Notes: a model not told the origin generated them from the sequence alone. Positions 11,619-24,990 are shown, counted from the stretch's first letter. The stretch: DNA of 35,654 nt from Octopus bimaculoides (GCF_001194135.2 NC_068993.1:55380480-55416133), one strand, 5' to 3'. A program made the numbers and translations.

Positions 11619-11657
<39 letters not shown>

Positions 11658-12149
11658 CTCACCTCCTCCTCCCTTTCCAAGTTTCATCCATTCTTTCTCT
11701 CAGTCTCCTCCCTGTACTCACTTTCATAGCTTCTTGTGCTTTGTTGTCGCTCTAGCACCCTCCTCTCTCTTCAAGTAACCCTACCTCTGTCTCCTCCAAA
11801 ACTCATCCCTTCTCTCCTAGTTTCCCATTTTCCAATCTCCCCCCTCTCTCTCTCACAAACACACACAGAGAGTCTCTACCACAATAAACTATAATATTAA
11901 CTTGTGGTAATTTCTATAATTAAAAAAGGCTAAGAGAAGATAATTCAAAAGGGACCAGTGCCATGAAAATAAGTGAGACAGACAGACAGACAGACAGACA
12001 GAGAGCGTTTTGAATACTCTAAATGATTTAGTTATTTTGTCTTAATTTCTTTTAGTTTTAATTATGCAAATTACATTTGGTCAAGAATGTACAAATCTCT
12101 TTTTGATATGTTAAATTATCTAACACCGATAAGAAATGAGTTAACAAAC

Positions 12150-12486
12150 TGCTCTGCTGACAAAGCGGTTAGAGCATTGAGCTTACAATCATGAGGTTGT
12201 GAGTTCGAGTCCCAGACCGGGCTGCGTGTTGTGTTCTTGAGCAAGACACTTTATTACATGTTGCTCCAGTTCACTCAGCTGTAGAAATGAGTTGCGACGT
12301 CACAGGTGCCAAGCTGTATCGGCTCTTTTGCCTTTCCCTTGGATAACATTGATGGTGTGGAGAGGGGAGGCCGGTATGCATGGGCGACTGCTGGTCTTCC
12401 ATAAAACAACCTTGCCTGGACTTGTGCCTGGGAGGGTAACTTTCTAGGTGCAATCTCATGGTTAGTCATGACCAAAGGGGGTCTCA
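12150..12486 (+). mobile_element. tRNA-derived SINE (family E), near full length
   Basis: A-box-like gcggttagagc and B-box gagttcgagtccc; the body matches 29035-29217 in reverse. Confidence 0.85.
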
Positions 12487-12489
12487 TGC

Positions 12490-12890
12490 CTCCCTCTTAG
12501 CTACACCACATTCACATTCCTCTCTTGCACAACTCCACCTATCCGATCTAACAATCTGGACCCCCCTTACCACTCACACACTTCCTTCTATTCCCCCTAC
12601 CCCTGATACAGATACTCCACTATACACAATACCTCACCCCCTTCTGCTCTTCCTAACTCCTCCCCATAGAACCACATTCCCATCTGGTCCCTAAACTTGT
12701 TTTTTCCATCTCTCTTTTCTTCGCCTTGTTCCTTCCTTTCCAATACCATTCCACTTTTTCATTTTTCCGACAAAGGACTAATGTCCAAAATGTAGAGAAC
12801 ACTTCTTTTTCCTTTCAAGAGTTAAACTAATAATACCATTGGGAAAACTTGTCTTCTCTTGTGTTATTTTCGTGTTTTGGCTCAATAAAG
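12490..12890 (+). mobile_element. Penelope-like 3' region/pLTR (family P3) with decayed minimal hammerhead
   Basis: C/T-rich tract, then ccgacaaaGGACtaatGTCCaaaatgta (12767-12794), then AATAAA near 12885. Confidence 0.5.
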
Positions 12891-13181
12891 GATAACAGAT
12901 TTATGTCCAGTTTTATTCAGCAGTTAATTACTTCTTGTCATTTCTCCACCTACATATGTTTCTGCAGCAATTAATGCACACTGCAAAATTTGCATCTTTA
13001 TATGGATTTACTGATGTCAAGTTAGATTGAGGTTAGTAAATCAAACTAACTGGAGTTTTTTTATTCACTCACAAGCATTAACCAGCATTAATTATTGGTA
13101 AAGCAACTATGGTACCCACTTGGATTCTATATCCTTACCAACCAAATTTCAGAAATTTATCTTTATATATATATATATATA

Positions 13182-14017
13182 NNNNNNNNNNNNNNNNNNN
13201 NNNNNNNNNNNNNNNNNNNNNNNNNNNNNNNNNNNNNNNNNNNNNNNNNNNNNNNNNNNNNNNNNNNNNNNNNNNNNNNNNNNNNNNNNNNNNNNNNNNN
13301 NNNNNNNNNNNNNNNNNNNNNNNNNNNNNNNNNNNNNNNNNNNNNNNNNNNNNNNNNNNNNNNNNNNNNNNNNNNNNNNNNNNNNNNNNNNNNNNNNNNN
13401 NNNNNNNNNNNNNNNNNNNNNNNNNNNNNNNNNNNNNNNNNNNNNNNNNNNNNNNNNNNNNNNNNNNNNNNNNNNNNNNNNNNNNNNNNNNNNNNNNNNN
13501 NNNNNNNNNNNNNNNNNNNNNNNNNNNNNNNNNNNNNNNNNNNNNNNNNNNNNNNNNNNNNNNNNNNNNNNNNNNNNNNNNNNNNNNNNNNNNNNNNNNN
13601 NNNNNNNNNNNNNNNNNNNNNNNNNNNNNNNNNNNNNNNNNNNNNNNNNNNNNNNNNNNNNNNNNNNNNNNNNNNNNNNNNNNNNNNNNNNNNNNNNNNN
13701 NNNNNNNNNNNNNNNNNNNNNNNNNNNNNNNNNNNNNNNNNNNNNNNNNNNNNNNNNNNNNNNNNNNNNNNNNNNNNNNNNNNNNNNNNNNNNNNNNNNN
13801 NNNNNNNNNNNNNNNNNNNNNNNNNNNNNNNNNNNNNNNNNNNNNNNNNNNNNNNNNNNNNNNNNNNNNNNNNNNNNNNNNNNNNNNNNNNNNNNNNNNN
13901 NNNNNNNNNNNNNNNNNNNNNNNNNNNNNNNNNNNNNNNNNNNNNNNNNNNNNNNNNNNNNNNNNNNNNNNNNNNNNNNNNNNNNNNNNNNNNNNNNNNN
14001 NNNNNNNNNNNNNNNNN
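13182..14017. other. assembly gap
   Basis: N run. Confidence 1.
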
Positions 14018-14107
14018 GCCTAATACAGCTTCACTCAAAAGGCACTGCTCAAAATACTGCACAGCAACTGAACAATATGGTTCAGAAATGAATGTCTGAA
14101 GCACTCA

Positions 14108-14800
<693 letters not shown>

Positions 14801-14949
14801 ACACAATCATACAAGCAGACGAGATTTTTCTGTTACCATGCGTGCGTGTGTGTGTGTGTATAGAAATGAAGATGATAGTATCATCATGTCCCAGACAACC
14901 AGCTGCAGCACTTTGACCATAAATCTTGATTGATTATGACTGACATGAC

Positions 14950-15215
14950 ATTAAACAAGAAATACTTTTGATTATAGATCTGCCGGTTCAGAACTAAGCT
15001 GAGACTAAACAACTTGGTTATGGCCAAAACACTTTTGATCCTAGGTTTGCTGGTTCAGGACTGATTCTGAGTTAAACAACCACAGCTCTTTGGTTCACAA
15101 AGCTGGCAGATCAGAACTGAGCTACAGTCAAACAACAACAACGTGGTCAAAAGTGTAAGACTTTATATCATAGATTTCCTGGCTCAGGAGTGATCTGATG
15201 ATCTGGGTTTAAGCA
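14950..15215 (+). repeat. short-unit (about 50-70 bp) arm of satellite-like array
   Basis: Repeats ttttgat(t/c)atag(a/g)t(c/t)tgc(c/t)ggttcag(a/g)act...ttaaacaac, shared with the 100-bp units downstream. Confidence 0.6.
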
Positions 15216-15227
15216 TTCCATATATGT

Positions 15228-15650
15228 GTAGGTATGATTGTGGTGCAAGAACTTTGTTTCCCAACTACATGGTTCCAAGTTCAGTCCCACTGTGTTGCAC
15301 GTTAAGCAAGTGTCTTCTACTGTAGCCTCGTGCAGACCAAAGCGTTGTGAATGAATTTGGTAGGTGGAAACTGAAAGAAACCCTTTGTGTGTGTGTGTGT
15401 ATGTGTGTTTGTATGTGTCTATGTTTGTGTCTGTGTGTGAGTCTGTGTTTGTCCCCAGCATCGTTTGACACCTGGTGTTGGTTTGTTTACATCCCCATAA
15501 CTTAGCAGCTGATTAAAAGAAACTGATAGAATAAGTATCAAGTTTAAAAACAATAAGTACTGGAGTCAATTCTTTTGACTAAATTTCCTGAAGGCACTGC
15601 TCCAGCATAGCCACAGTCTAAAGACTGAAACAAGTGAAAGATAGAAGATA
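15228..15650 (+). mobile_element. SINE family A, full length, inserted in satellite array
   Basis: Head ggttccaagttcagtcccactg, body aagtgtcttctactgtagcc, internal (TG)n, tail gactgaaacaagtgaaag. Confidence 0.85.
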
Positions 15651-15654
15651 AAAA

Positions 15655-16385
15655 ATACTGACGTAGACCTAGATTCATTGGGAATGTCATGACTGGAACG
15701 CCTATGAATATAAGTCTGCAAGATATGGACTGACCTGGAGCTAAACAATCCCACTACACATCACACAGATGTACTCCTAGATACACTTTGGTCAGACCTT
15801 TCATCAAAGGTCTGCTCAGTCAAAGTTGATCTAAGTTAAACAAGAATAATAATACACAGCATACCACACTGATGTAGTCCAAGATACATTAAGGTCATAG
15901 CTTTAATACCTTTCATTATAGGTCAGCTGTTGCAGGACTAGCCTGGAGCTAAACAGCAACATTCACACTGATGTAGTCCAAGATACATTAAGGTCATAGC
16001 TTTAATACATTTCATTATAGGTCAGCTAGATCAAGACTAGCCTAGAGTTAAACAACAACACACACACACTGATGTAGTCTAAGATACATTATGGTTATAG
16101 ATTTAATACTTTTCATCATAGTTCTGCTGGATCAGGACAAGCCTGGAATTAAACAGCAACACATATACTGATGTAGTCCTAGATACACTATCGTTTTGGT
16201 GGTAACAGTTTTGATCATAAGGTCCATTGACTTTGAGCAGGCCTAGGGTGAAACAAAAATAAGGACACTACAATACACTACAGCACACAACACAAGTGTA
16301 GTCTTTGATACACGTGATCATGGTTGTAACATTTTTGATCATAAGACTGTTGGATGAAGGCTGACCTAAGGTTAAATAACAACAA
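15655..16385 (+). repeat. ~100-bp tandem satellite, about 7 units
   Basis: The anchor c(t/a)gatgta recurs at 15766, 15869, 15968, 16069 and 16168 (spacing 99-103), with degenerate units at about 15657 and 16295. Confidence 0.9.
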
Positions 16386-17457
16386 CTATAACAATGACAG
16401 TGATGACGACAATATGACGACAATGGCAACAACAACAACATGAATGACATCTAGAATCTTAAAAATTGACTTAAAAAATAAAAATAAATATGAAGTGAAA
16501 ATACAAAATGTCAGTATTGAGAGAAGAGTTCTGTTGTTGAGATATGATTGTTGAAGAAATCAATACATTATAACTGTGAAGTCTGACCTAGAATGGATTA
16601 GTTAAATACACCTGATGTTTACCTCATCATTACACCTGTTGCATAGGATTTAACAAGAGAACTTTTGTATCTAGAATTCTTAACTGGGAGGAAATATCCC
16701 ACTGAAGTGAAATTTGGAGATTCCGGTGAAGAAATAACTTTTAGGTTGAAAATATTTTCACATTGTTTCCATAAGATTTATTTTCCTTAATATTGATTAT
16801 AAAGATGTTAATGTTAGGTTAATACAAAGCTATTAAATACAAAGTATCTCATAATGAAGGGAGACATTTTAACTGCAAGTAACTAAGACTGGAACAACCA
16901 CATTTATTGAGTATGCAAAATCAAGGTGTAAGAGTTCATAATAATATTTAAGGTTTGCCTATCACATCTGTAACAAGAATATTTAGCAATCAGATCATTA
17001 TATCCGATGTCACAATTCACTAGAATATTTCCTACATCATAAAAAAACAATCTGACCAATCAAGACTTTGCATGAAATCAGCTCCAACAACAGTTTCATC
17101 TCTGGAACACTTCTGTCTGAGCCAAACCACCACTATGTATTCAGTGCAGCTAAATCCACTGACAACAAATGGCTGATGGCAGCTGACCTAAGTGCTGGAC
17201 CAACACCAAGGCAGTGAACAGACAGTGAATGAGAGACATCTGAAGACAGTAGCACAACCAATGGCTAACCACAATGGACAAGTGGCAACAGCAACAAACA
17301 ATGACCAGCTTACATTATGACTGGTGTTACAATTGCACCAAGCCATGGACAATAATTTTGAATTCTCTCAAGGTTTTGTCATTCTCTCTCAGGGTTTGTT
17401 GCATTCAAATTGTCATCAATGCTTCTGCAACACTGCTTTTTTCTAGGTAGGGGTGTT

Positions 17458-17870
17458 GGTTATACTAGATTAACTATTAAGCAAAATACACACACGCTTA
17501 GAGCATCAAGGGGTGGGGTGGGGGCACCATAGAAATGGTAAATGGTTTATGGCACAAAAGAAATCACTTTAAACTTGTTTAAATATTATTCAGTATGCCT
17601 TATCTCTACTAAGTATAGAAGCAGATGAGTTACATTAGATTAACTTTGAGGATCTGATCAAAGTCTTTGCAATTATAAAAACTAGGAAAAAACTTTTAAA
17701 ATTTAAATAAAGTGGAAGTATTCAAAAATAAATATTATTTTCCCTCTTTCTGATATTTTGTTTTCATTTTGAAAAATAAAAGACAATTTTATAATTTCTT
17801 ATTGTTTATATACAGGGACACCAAAATCTTTTAAGAATCAAGGACCACTATGGCTTTAAATCCAGCCCTG
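17458..17870 (+). mobile_element. hAT-like MITE (CAGGGCCGGATTAA-type terminus)
   Basis: The right end taaatccagccctg (reverse complement cagggctggattta) and its subterminal sequence match 27459-27515. The left end is degenerate (tactagattaac). Confidence 0.5.
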
Positions 17871-18055
17871 AGTGTTGGCCCTATGCAAACCCATTTTCAC
17901 CTCTGGGATAAAGGTGGTCACTACTAGTCTGGCCTCTCTCTCTTGGCCTGTACATCATGGGATGCCCTACAAGGAGCTTGCCCTCTGCTGATGACATAAC
18001 TCTTAGGGTCATTGAGACATGCAAGCCATCACACCACAATGACGACTGGAACTTG
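17871..18055 (-). mobile_element. RTE-clade 5' UTR fragment
   Basis: The minus strand ggcttgcatgtctcaatgacc...gctccttgtaggg...aggccagactag...gggtttgcataggg is homologous to 30815-30980 and resembles Rex3/Expander-type RTE 5' ends. Confidence 0.65.
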
Positions 18056-18479
18056 TGTTTATACACACAGTAGGTGATTATGACACTGTAAGTATATACA
18101 CACTGCCACTTGTGGATGTACAATGTAGATGATTGTGGAAGAAAGCCAAATAGAAATGGTGAATATGATGGTAGAAAGACTATTTATTCCAGATGTTCTA
18201 TAGAAAGTCTGGCAAGTCTTTCAGAAACATAAAGAGAGAGATAGAAGAGAGAGGCGACAAAGAAGATGAACAACAATGAAAAGAACAACAACAAAAAGTT
18301 TAGAAGAGAAGTATATCTTCTCCAAGACCAGCATGACTGGCTCAGTAACAGCGCTGGAAGCAAACAGACTGACATAAACACACAATGAAGCAACCAAGAA
18401 ATCTTATTTCACACACGCGCACACATGCACACACAGATACATACACACGCACTCGCATTTAAACGGCACAAATTGTACA

Positions 18480-18680
18480 TCAGAAGCAAATGGAGAAGAA
18501 CCTAGACAACAACACAGAGTTGTGGCTTTGTCTGGCATTGTGTGTATCACACGATAAAGAAATACTAGGGGGTAAGGTCTTATACTGGGGACAAACTTGT
18601 CCAACCCATAACAGCATGGAAAAAAATCATTGAGTGTATGGTGATGATGTTGATGATGATGATGAAGATGATGATGATAG
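18480..18680 (+). mobile_element. degenerate RTE 3' end with (GAT)n tail
   Basis: caaacttgtccaacccataacagcatggaaaa followed by GAT repeats, as in the family B tail. Confidence 0.5.
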
Positions 18681-18719
18681 GTGTGTGCATGTTTATACAT
18701 ACATACACACACATGCATG

Positions 18720-18780
<61 letters not shown>

Positions 18781-19089
18781 TCACAAAAGCACATAAAACA
18801 AAGTAACATATAGCAAAAGCAACTTGTAAAAAAAAAAAAAACCTCATCACTTTCCTTAATCTTAATCTGTCTAAATCTGTGATTTTATACATACACACAC
18901 ACACATATACGCACGCATGCATTCATGCACACAGGAGGGGGTGGGAGAGGAGGTGGGGGTGGAAGAGAGTATATTCATGACAGACCTAATCTAGTTTTCA
19001 AACCATCTCATGTTTATTGTATAATGAGATGTTGTTCAATTTACTCAGTATATTGTCCAGTTCTGAGAGTGGACAGATACAAGAGCAAC

Positions 19090-19099
19090 AACACTACTA

Positions 19100-19143
<44 letters not shown>

Positions 19144-19289
19144 GAAAAACTTACATGAAACAGATACATACAAACACACATACACACACACACACATACA
19201 CATATGCATACACATATGCATACACATGTGTAAGTTCTCTCATTGTTTATCTATTCTGACAGAAACTGTAACAGATGGTTGATGTAAAG

Positions 19290-19348
<59 letters not shown>

Positions 19349-19537
19349 NNNNNNNNNNATATATACACACACACATACACACACACATATGTATATACAC
19401 ACATACACATATATAGATATATATGTATACATATATGTATGTATATATGTGTGTGTGTGTGTGTACATACACATATATAACACACACATTTGTGTCTGTA
19501 TATGTACATGAAAATGACATATATTCATACACACATG

Positions 19538-19570
<33 letters not shown>
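19090..19570. repeat. (CTA)n and TA/CA/TG microsatellites with a 10-N gap at 19349-19358
   Basis: Direct simple repeats. Confidence 0.85.
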
Positions 19571-19779
19571 GTCCATTATACATTGACTCAATCCTGGTGA
19601 CACTTAAAAAGAAGGAAAAGACGAAATGGATCGTCTGTGACTGTGGAGGACTTGTAATGATGTCATTGGTGCAAAACTAAAAATATTTTAATCAATAACA
19701 ATGTAAATCTATAATGTAGATTTGCTCTTTATTACACACACACACACACACACACATACATACAAGGGCAAGAGGACTA

Positions 19780-19965
19780 GGCATGGCTGTGTGGTTAAGA
19801 GGTTTACTTCACAGCCATGAGTTTTGAGGTTCAATCCCAGGGCATTGCACTATGGGCAAGTGTCTTCTGCTGTAATCTGCTTTGTTAATCAATGTCTTGT
19901 GGATGAAATGTGGCAGAAGGAAATTGGATGGCAATTTGTTGCATAAATATATCCATACATAATAC
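19780..19965 (+). mobile_element. old SINE family A 5' half
   Basis: ggcatggctgtgtggttaag...ggttcaatccc...gggcaagtgtcttctg. Confidence 0.7.
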
Positions 19966-19991
19966 GTGTGTGTGTGTATGTGTGTGTGTGT

Positions 19992-20136
19992 CATCATCAT
20001 CAGCATCATCATCATCACCGTTTAACATCCGCTTTCCATGCTGGCATGGGTTGGACAGTTTGACTGAAGGCTGGCGAGCCAGAAGGCTGCACCAGGCTCC
20101 AATCTTATCTGGCAGAGTTTCTACAGCTGGATGCCC
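19992..20136 (-). mobile_element. SINE family B 3' part
   Basis: Reverse complement of 22155-22287. Confidence 0.85.
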
Positions 20137-20369
20137 CACGGACATGTGTACCCTTAGCTTACCTCTCAGAGAGATTCAGTGTGACACAGAGTGTGACAAG
20201 GCCGACCCTTTGAAATACAGGTATTTCTCATTTTTGCCAGCTGAGTGGACTTGAGAAATGTAAAAAAAAAAAGTGTCCCGCTCATGGACATAACGTGTCA
20301 CAGGGAATTGAACTCATGATTTTACAATCATGAACCAAATACCCTTAACCACTAAGCCATGCACCTTCA
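20137..20369 (-). mobile_element. tRNA-derived SINE family C (head and part of body)
   Basis: Minus-strand tggcttagtggttaaggg...gagttcaattccc; homologous to 29560-29767. Confidence 0.8.
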
Positions 20370-20370
20370 T

Positions 20371-20825
20371 TGTCAACATCTATACAGTATGCTTATCTAA
20401 TCTGTCCACACTCTTTGTTTTACTCTTTATTCAACATCTACACATTATCTATCCTATCAGTCAACATTTAAATACTTTATTTATATCTTATGTATCATGT
20501 CAACATCTATACATTGTATAAGTGTACCTAGTGAACATCTGCACACTGTATCTATGTAACCTGCCAACATCTCCACACTATCTAGTTATCCGATCAACAC
20601 ATTGTTGCTATCTTTACAGCAACCATTTATACACTTTATCTATCTAACCATTCAACATCTAGAATCTGTATTTCTATAGAGTTAACATCTACACACTGTC
20701 TCTCTCTCTCTAGTCCAGTTCAACACCCTGCATCTATCCAGTCAACATTTATACACTCTGTGTCTATTTATTTATCCAGTCAACATCTGAACAACATTTT
20801 CTGTCAATCCAATCTACATTTATAG
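20371..20825 (+). repeat. degenerate ~31-bp minisatellite, consensus near GTCAACATCTACACACTGTATCTATCTATCCA
   Basis: About 13 recurrences of (t/c)caacat(c/t)t. Confidence 0.75.
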
Positions 20826-21019
20826 ATTCCAGATAAATGTGTACAATGTAACAATAATTGAAAATCTAAAAGCCTGAATATCTATAAAAATCTTTAATCA
20901 AAAATCTTTAATCAAAAGATCAATGATCTATGATTAAAAAAAAAACACAAAATTTTTTAAGCAACATCATACAATGGAGATACCGTTTAGATGTTATTGC
21001 TGTTGGATTCATTCATTTT

Positions 21020-21026
21020 ATTATTA

Positions 21027-21075
<49 letters not shown>
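21020..21075. repeat. (TTA)n microsatellite
   Basis: Direct run. Confidence 0.9.
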
Positions 21076-21076
<1 letters not shown>

Positions 21077-21961
21077 GACTTTCATTTGAAGTAGCCAATC
21101 AGTTATAAGAACGAGTCATTCCATCAGTTTGAAACTGGTATACTATTTGGTTTATATGCTAATTTAGAGAGACAGATCTAATCTTTCAAGTAATTACATT
21201 GACGAGTGGTTGCAACAAAAACAAAAAAATCGAAAAGAAAAAGAAGCAGAAAAAATTCTCAATATGACATTTTTTTTTTTTTGTTTGTTTCTTGGTTGAA
21301 ATTTATTGGTTGTTGATCAGTGTAAGGGTAGTTAGGATAGTTAAATATCGTTAGAATAGCTCATCATTGTTCTGGTTGGAATTTATTGGCTGTTGGTCAT
21401 TGTTATAAAGAAGACATAACAACACTGTTCTGACATAAAAGAAATAAATACATCGAAAAATAATGATAATAAAAAACGAAACAAAATGAAATGAAACGAA
21501 ACGCAGAACCCAAAGAGATACAAATACACGGATGCCTACAGATATGCTAAGAAAAAAGCAACAAAACAAAAAGAAAGCATGGAGATATACAGAGACACGG
21601 ACAGATAGAGACATATTGAGAGACAGAGATTCATAGATACTGAAAGCATACTATGACATAAAGGTACAGACAGACATAGGCATAGACACACGCACACAAA
21701 CACACACACACACACACATACACACAGATAAACTGAGATACAAACGCATACAGAAGCACATTGAGATGCAAAGGCGTAGATAAGTAAATGCAAAAAGGAA
21801 ACATTCAGACAAGTTTATCTTGTTGATGTTCTTAACTTTTTCTCTTCTTGATGTCCACTATAGCTCTAATACTTACTCCTGCCGTCTGCTGAATATTCAC
21901 TAATGTGTCCCCTAATATCTACATAATTTAGACAACAATTTATTCAGTGCACCCTGTATAT

Positions 21962-22100
21962 ACGACAGGCTTCTTTCAGTTTCCATCTCCCAAATTCCCT
22001 AACAAGACTTTGGTCAGCCTGAGGCTATAGTAGAAGACACTTGCCTAAGGTGCCACACAGTAGGACTGAACCTAGAACCATGTTGTTGGGAAGCAAGCTT
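21962..22100 (-). mobile_element. SINE family A 5' half
   Basis: ttctttcagtttcc...gaggctatagtagaagacacttgcc...ggactgaacc. Confidence 0.85.
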
Positions 22101-22287
22101 CGTGCCGGTGGCACGTAAAAGCACCTACTACACTCTCGGAGTGGTTGGCGTTAGGGAGGGCATCCAGCTGTAGAAACTCTGCCAGATCAGATTGGAGCCT
22201 AGTGTTGCCATCCGGTTTCACCAGTCCTCAGTCAAATCGTTCAACCGATGCTAGCATGGAAAGCGGACGTTAAACGACGATGATGAT
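22101..22287 (+). mobile_element. SINE family B, RTE-type bipartite tail
   Basis: gtggttggcgttagggagggcatccagctgtagaaac module followed by ...catggaaagcggacgttaaacgacgatgat. Confidence 0.85.
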
Positions 22288-22606
22288 ACCAAGTCCTCAC
22301 ATTGCTTTTTCTTGTGATTTTTCTTCGGATTAATAATACACACACACACACACACATACACACACAGGCAGACAAACAGACAGACAGAGATATTTATGCA
22401 TACATACGCACGTAAGATAAAACAGAATCCAAGGAGACTGGCGGTGTTCTTTATTGGCAAGACTTGTATTATTTAGGAAAAGCAACATTTATATGGATGC
22501 ATATGTGTGTGTGTAAGAACGTATGTATATGAATGTATGTATAAATGTGTGTGCACATGTGTATATATTTATATATTATTCATATATATATACAAATGCA
22601 TATATA

Positions 22607-22637
<31 letters not shown>

Positions 22638-22954
22638 ACACACACACACACACACGGATGGATGGATGGATGGACACACACAAATGTATACATTTATATA
22701 CACACATGGAGATGATGTGAGAGAAACAAGATGGAGCTTTCCATTGAGTAATACTTAACATTCAACTGGTGTTCTTTGACCCAGAAACCCTCCAGTGCCA
22801 AATCAACTCCTGGTCAAGATTTATGGTCTTACTGACCGACGCTATGATTTCCATAATGTTATTTACAACTTGGTCTCTTGACTTCTGCCCACTCGCTACG
22901 CTGTTACTGTCATCACACACTGCATACTCTTCACTCACCTTCAGACAATGACCC

Positions 22955-23275
22955 TGTACCACTACCACCATCACCACCACCACCACCACCACCACCACCA
23001 CCACCACCACCNNNNNNNNNNNNNNNNNNNNNNNNNNNNNNNNNNNNNNNNNNNNNNNNNNNNNNNNNNNNNNNNNNNNNNNNNNNNNNNNNNNNNNNNN
23101 NNNNNNNNNNNNNNNNNNNNNNNNNNNNNNNNNNNNNNNNNNNNNNNNNNNNNNNNNNNNNNNNNNNNNNNNNNNNNNNNNNNCTGCCATCACTAACATC
23201 ACCAAATCCACCACCACCACCACAACAACAACAACAACAACAACAACCACAACAACAACAACAACAACAACAACA

Positions 23276-23316
<41 letters not shown>

Positions 23317-23385
23317 CGCCACGAACAATAACAACACAATCACCACCACTAATGCCACCACCAGCAACACCAACACCACCACCGC
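22955..23385. repeat. (CAC)n/(CAA)n/(CTA)n microsatellites around an assembly gap at 23012-23183
   Basis: Direct runs and an N run. Confidence 0.9.
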
Positions 23386-23869
23386 TTTCAGATAGATCAA
23401 AGAAGGCTGGAAATCAAGTAGAGAATATGTTTGGTGATTAGCCATAAGCTAACAACATTCTCAACTTAAAAACCTATAAAACACTACATTACTCACTAAA
23501 TACATTTGGAAAATGAAAGGTTGAAGGGATGAATACAATTATATACAGCTGTACATACTTTGCATCAGGTCAACCCTGATTGAGTAGACTTATGACAAAA
23601 AGCATTTCACCCATGACCATCCCATTTTTTTTAAGACCATCTAGAACTACATTATGTGCTTTTATTATTGAAGCCAACAAAGTGTGATCTCAAAAGGATT
23701 TTAGCTATTATGTCTAGGAGATTGAGCAATCATGTAGAATCTCTTTCAATTGTTGCAAATTACTCAGAAGATAACATGTTTTTTCATCTCACTATTGACG
23801 GAGCTCAAACTCTTTTGAGGTGATGTTACCTGTGACTCATACCAGTTTGGTCACAGTTCAGCTTTATTC

Positions 23870-24300
23870 TCAGACAGAGACACATTCAAAAGGGTCGTGA
23901 AGTACAACAACAATGTTCTGATATGCAGCCATTGCATGACTTAGAGAGAATGACTCAATCACAGGAGGCAACAACATTGATATCCCAACTGCACAAAGAA
24001 AAGGAATGTTATATAGTACAACCATCTATGCATGACCAACATAAAAAACAGATGTTACGAAAACCTTTTTACTCTCTCCTCTGCACTTTTAATGGAGCCA
24101 CAGATTCCAACAGCTGTTCAACAAAAACAATATATAGGTGAGCTTCAGCTTCATTAAGGAACGTGTCCAGCAACATAAAGAATCACAATGCAGGTAGTCT
24201 ACAGTCACACCAAAGAAATGAGCAGACAAGCATTACAGACATCTGCCTTCTAAAAACAAATGTTCATAGAGAAACATTGTATAACATACTAGCATGTCCC
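23870..24300 (+). pseudogene. very old non-LTR RT relic (RTE-like), tentative
   Basis: LISQLHKEKECYIV resembles LIRNLY...EA.VR; ctctctcctctgcacttttaat resembles LSPLLFN with a frameshift. Confidence 0.3.
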
Positions 24301-24479
24301 CATAACACTACCCACTTTCCTACCTAAGGATGACAGAGAACACATTCAGAAAACTACCTACAATAATACAATGTCTCATTATGCCACCTGGAATATACTA
24401 CATCACTAACTAAACACATGTGGAAACCAAAAATATTAAAATATGCAGGAAAGGCAATTACAGCTTTTGGGAAATGTTC

Positions 24480-24990
24480 TGTTTTGCAACTTCTTTTTCA
24501 TACAGAAACTCCGCTGACTGTCATTTAACTCCAGTCCTGAACAAAGAAATGTATGCCTATGTCAACTTCTTGGTATAATCAAATATTCCTGCTAATTAGC
24601 TCCAAATCAGAACCACTTCCTTTTGCCTGAAGTAGGAGATACATTTTATGTAAAATAGTTGGACTCAGCCCCATATGACTCAAAGGTTCTATGTTGGCAT
24701 AACCTGAACAGGTTTCACAATTTTTTGTTACTCACCATGTTCCATTCTCATTTGCCTTACACAGCAAAAAAAGAAAATCTGCAATCTCTTATTGTCTTTG
24801 TGATATTTTCTTGGCAAGATTTTAATAGCTGGCTGTTTTGTCTATCAATAACCACTTTGAAGCCTTCAAGGAATACGTTTTATCATGTCACCTGCACAAG
24901 AGTCATTCTCTGCATGCATCACCTTGTTGGTACGATCTGTTGTCTGACCTCAAATGCTATGAATGGTCATATTTGAAAACTATTGCTGGT
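24480..24990 (-). pseudogene. very old RTE-like endonuclease/RT-linker relic, tentative
   Basis: Minus-strand patches TNKVMHAENDS (compare TRAMRGADC.TDH) and IIPRS* (compare IIPQDW). Confidence 0.25.

Noticed and set aside
15655-16385. Tandem units containing CTGATG as a possible retrozyme or CRISPR-like array
   Set aside because: The motif is CTGATGT with no GAAA/UH core; units are contiguous with no unique spacers, and there are no cas genes in this eukaryotic context.
17070-17340. GC-richer stretch with ~35-48-codon open frames
   Set aside because: No recognisable protein similarity and no acceptor with a polypyrimidine tract.
21945-21960. caccctgta, and tacagggtg-like words near 4047 and 5605, as Tc1/mariner TIR ends
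   Set aside because: Only 7-9 bp matches with no partner TIR or transposase nearby.
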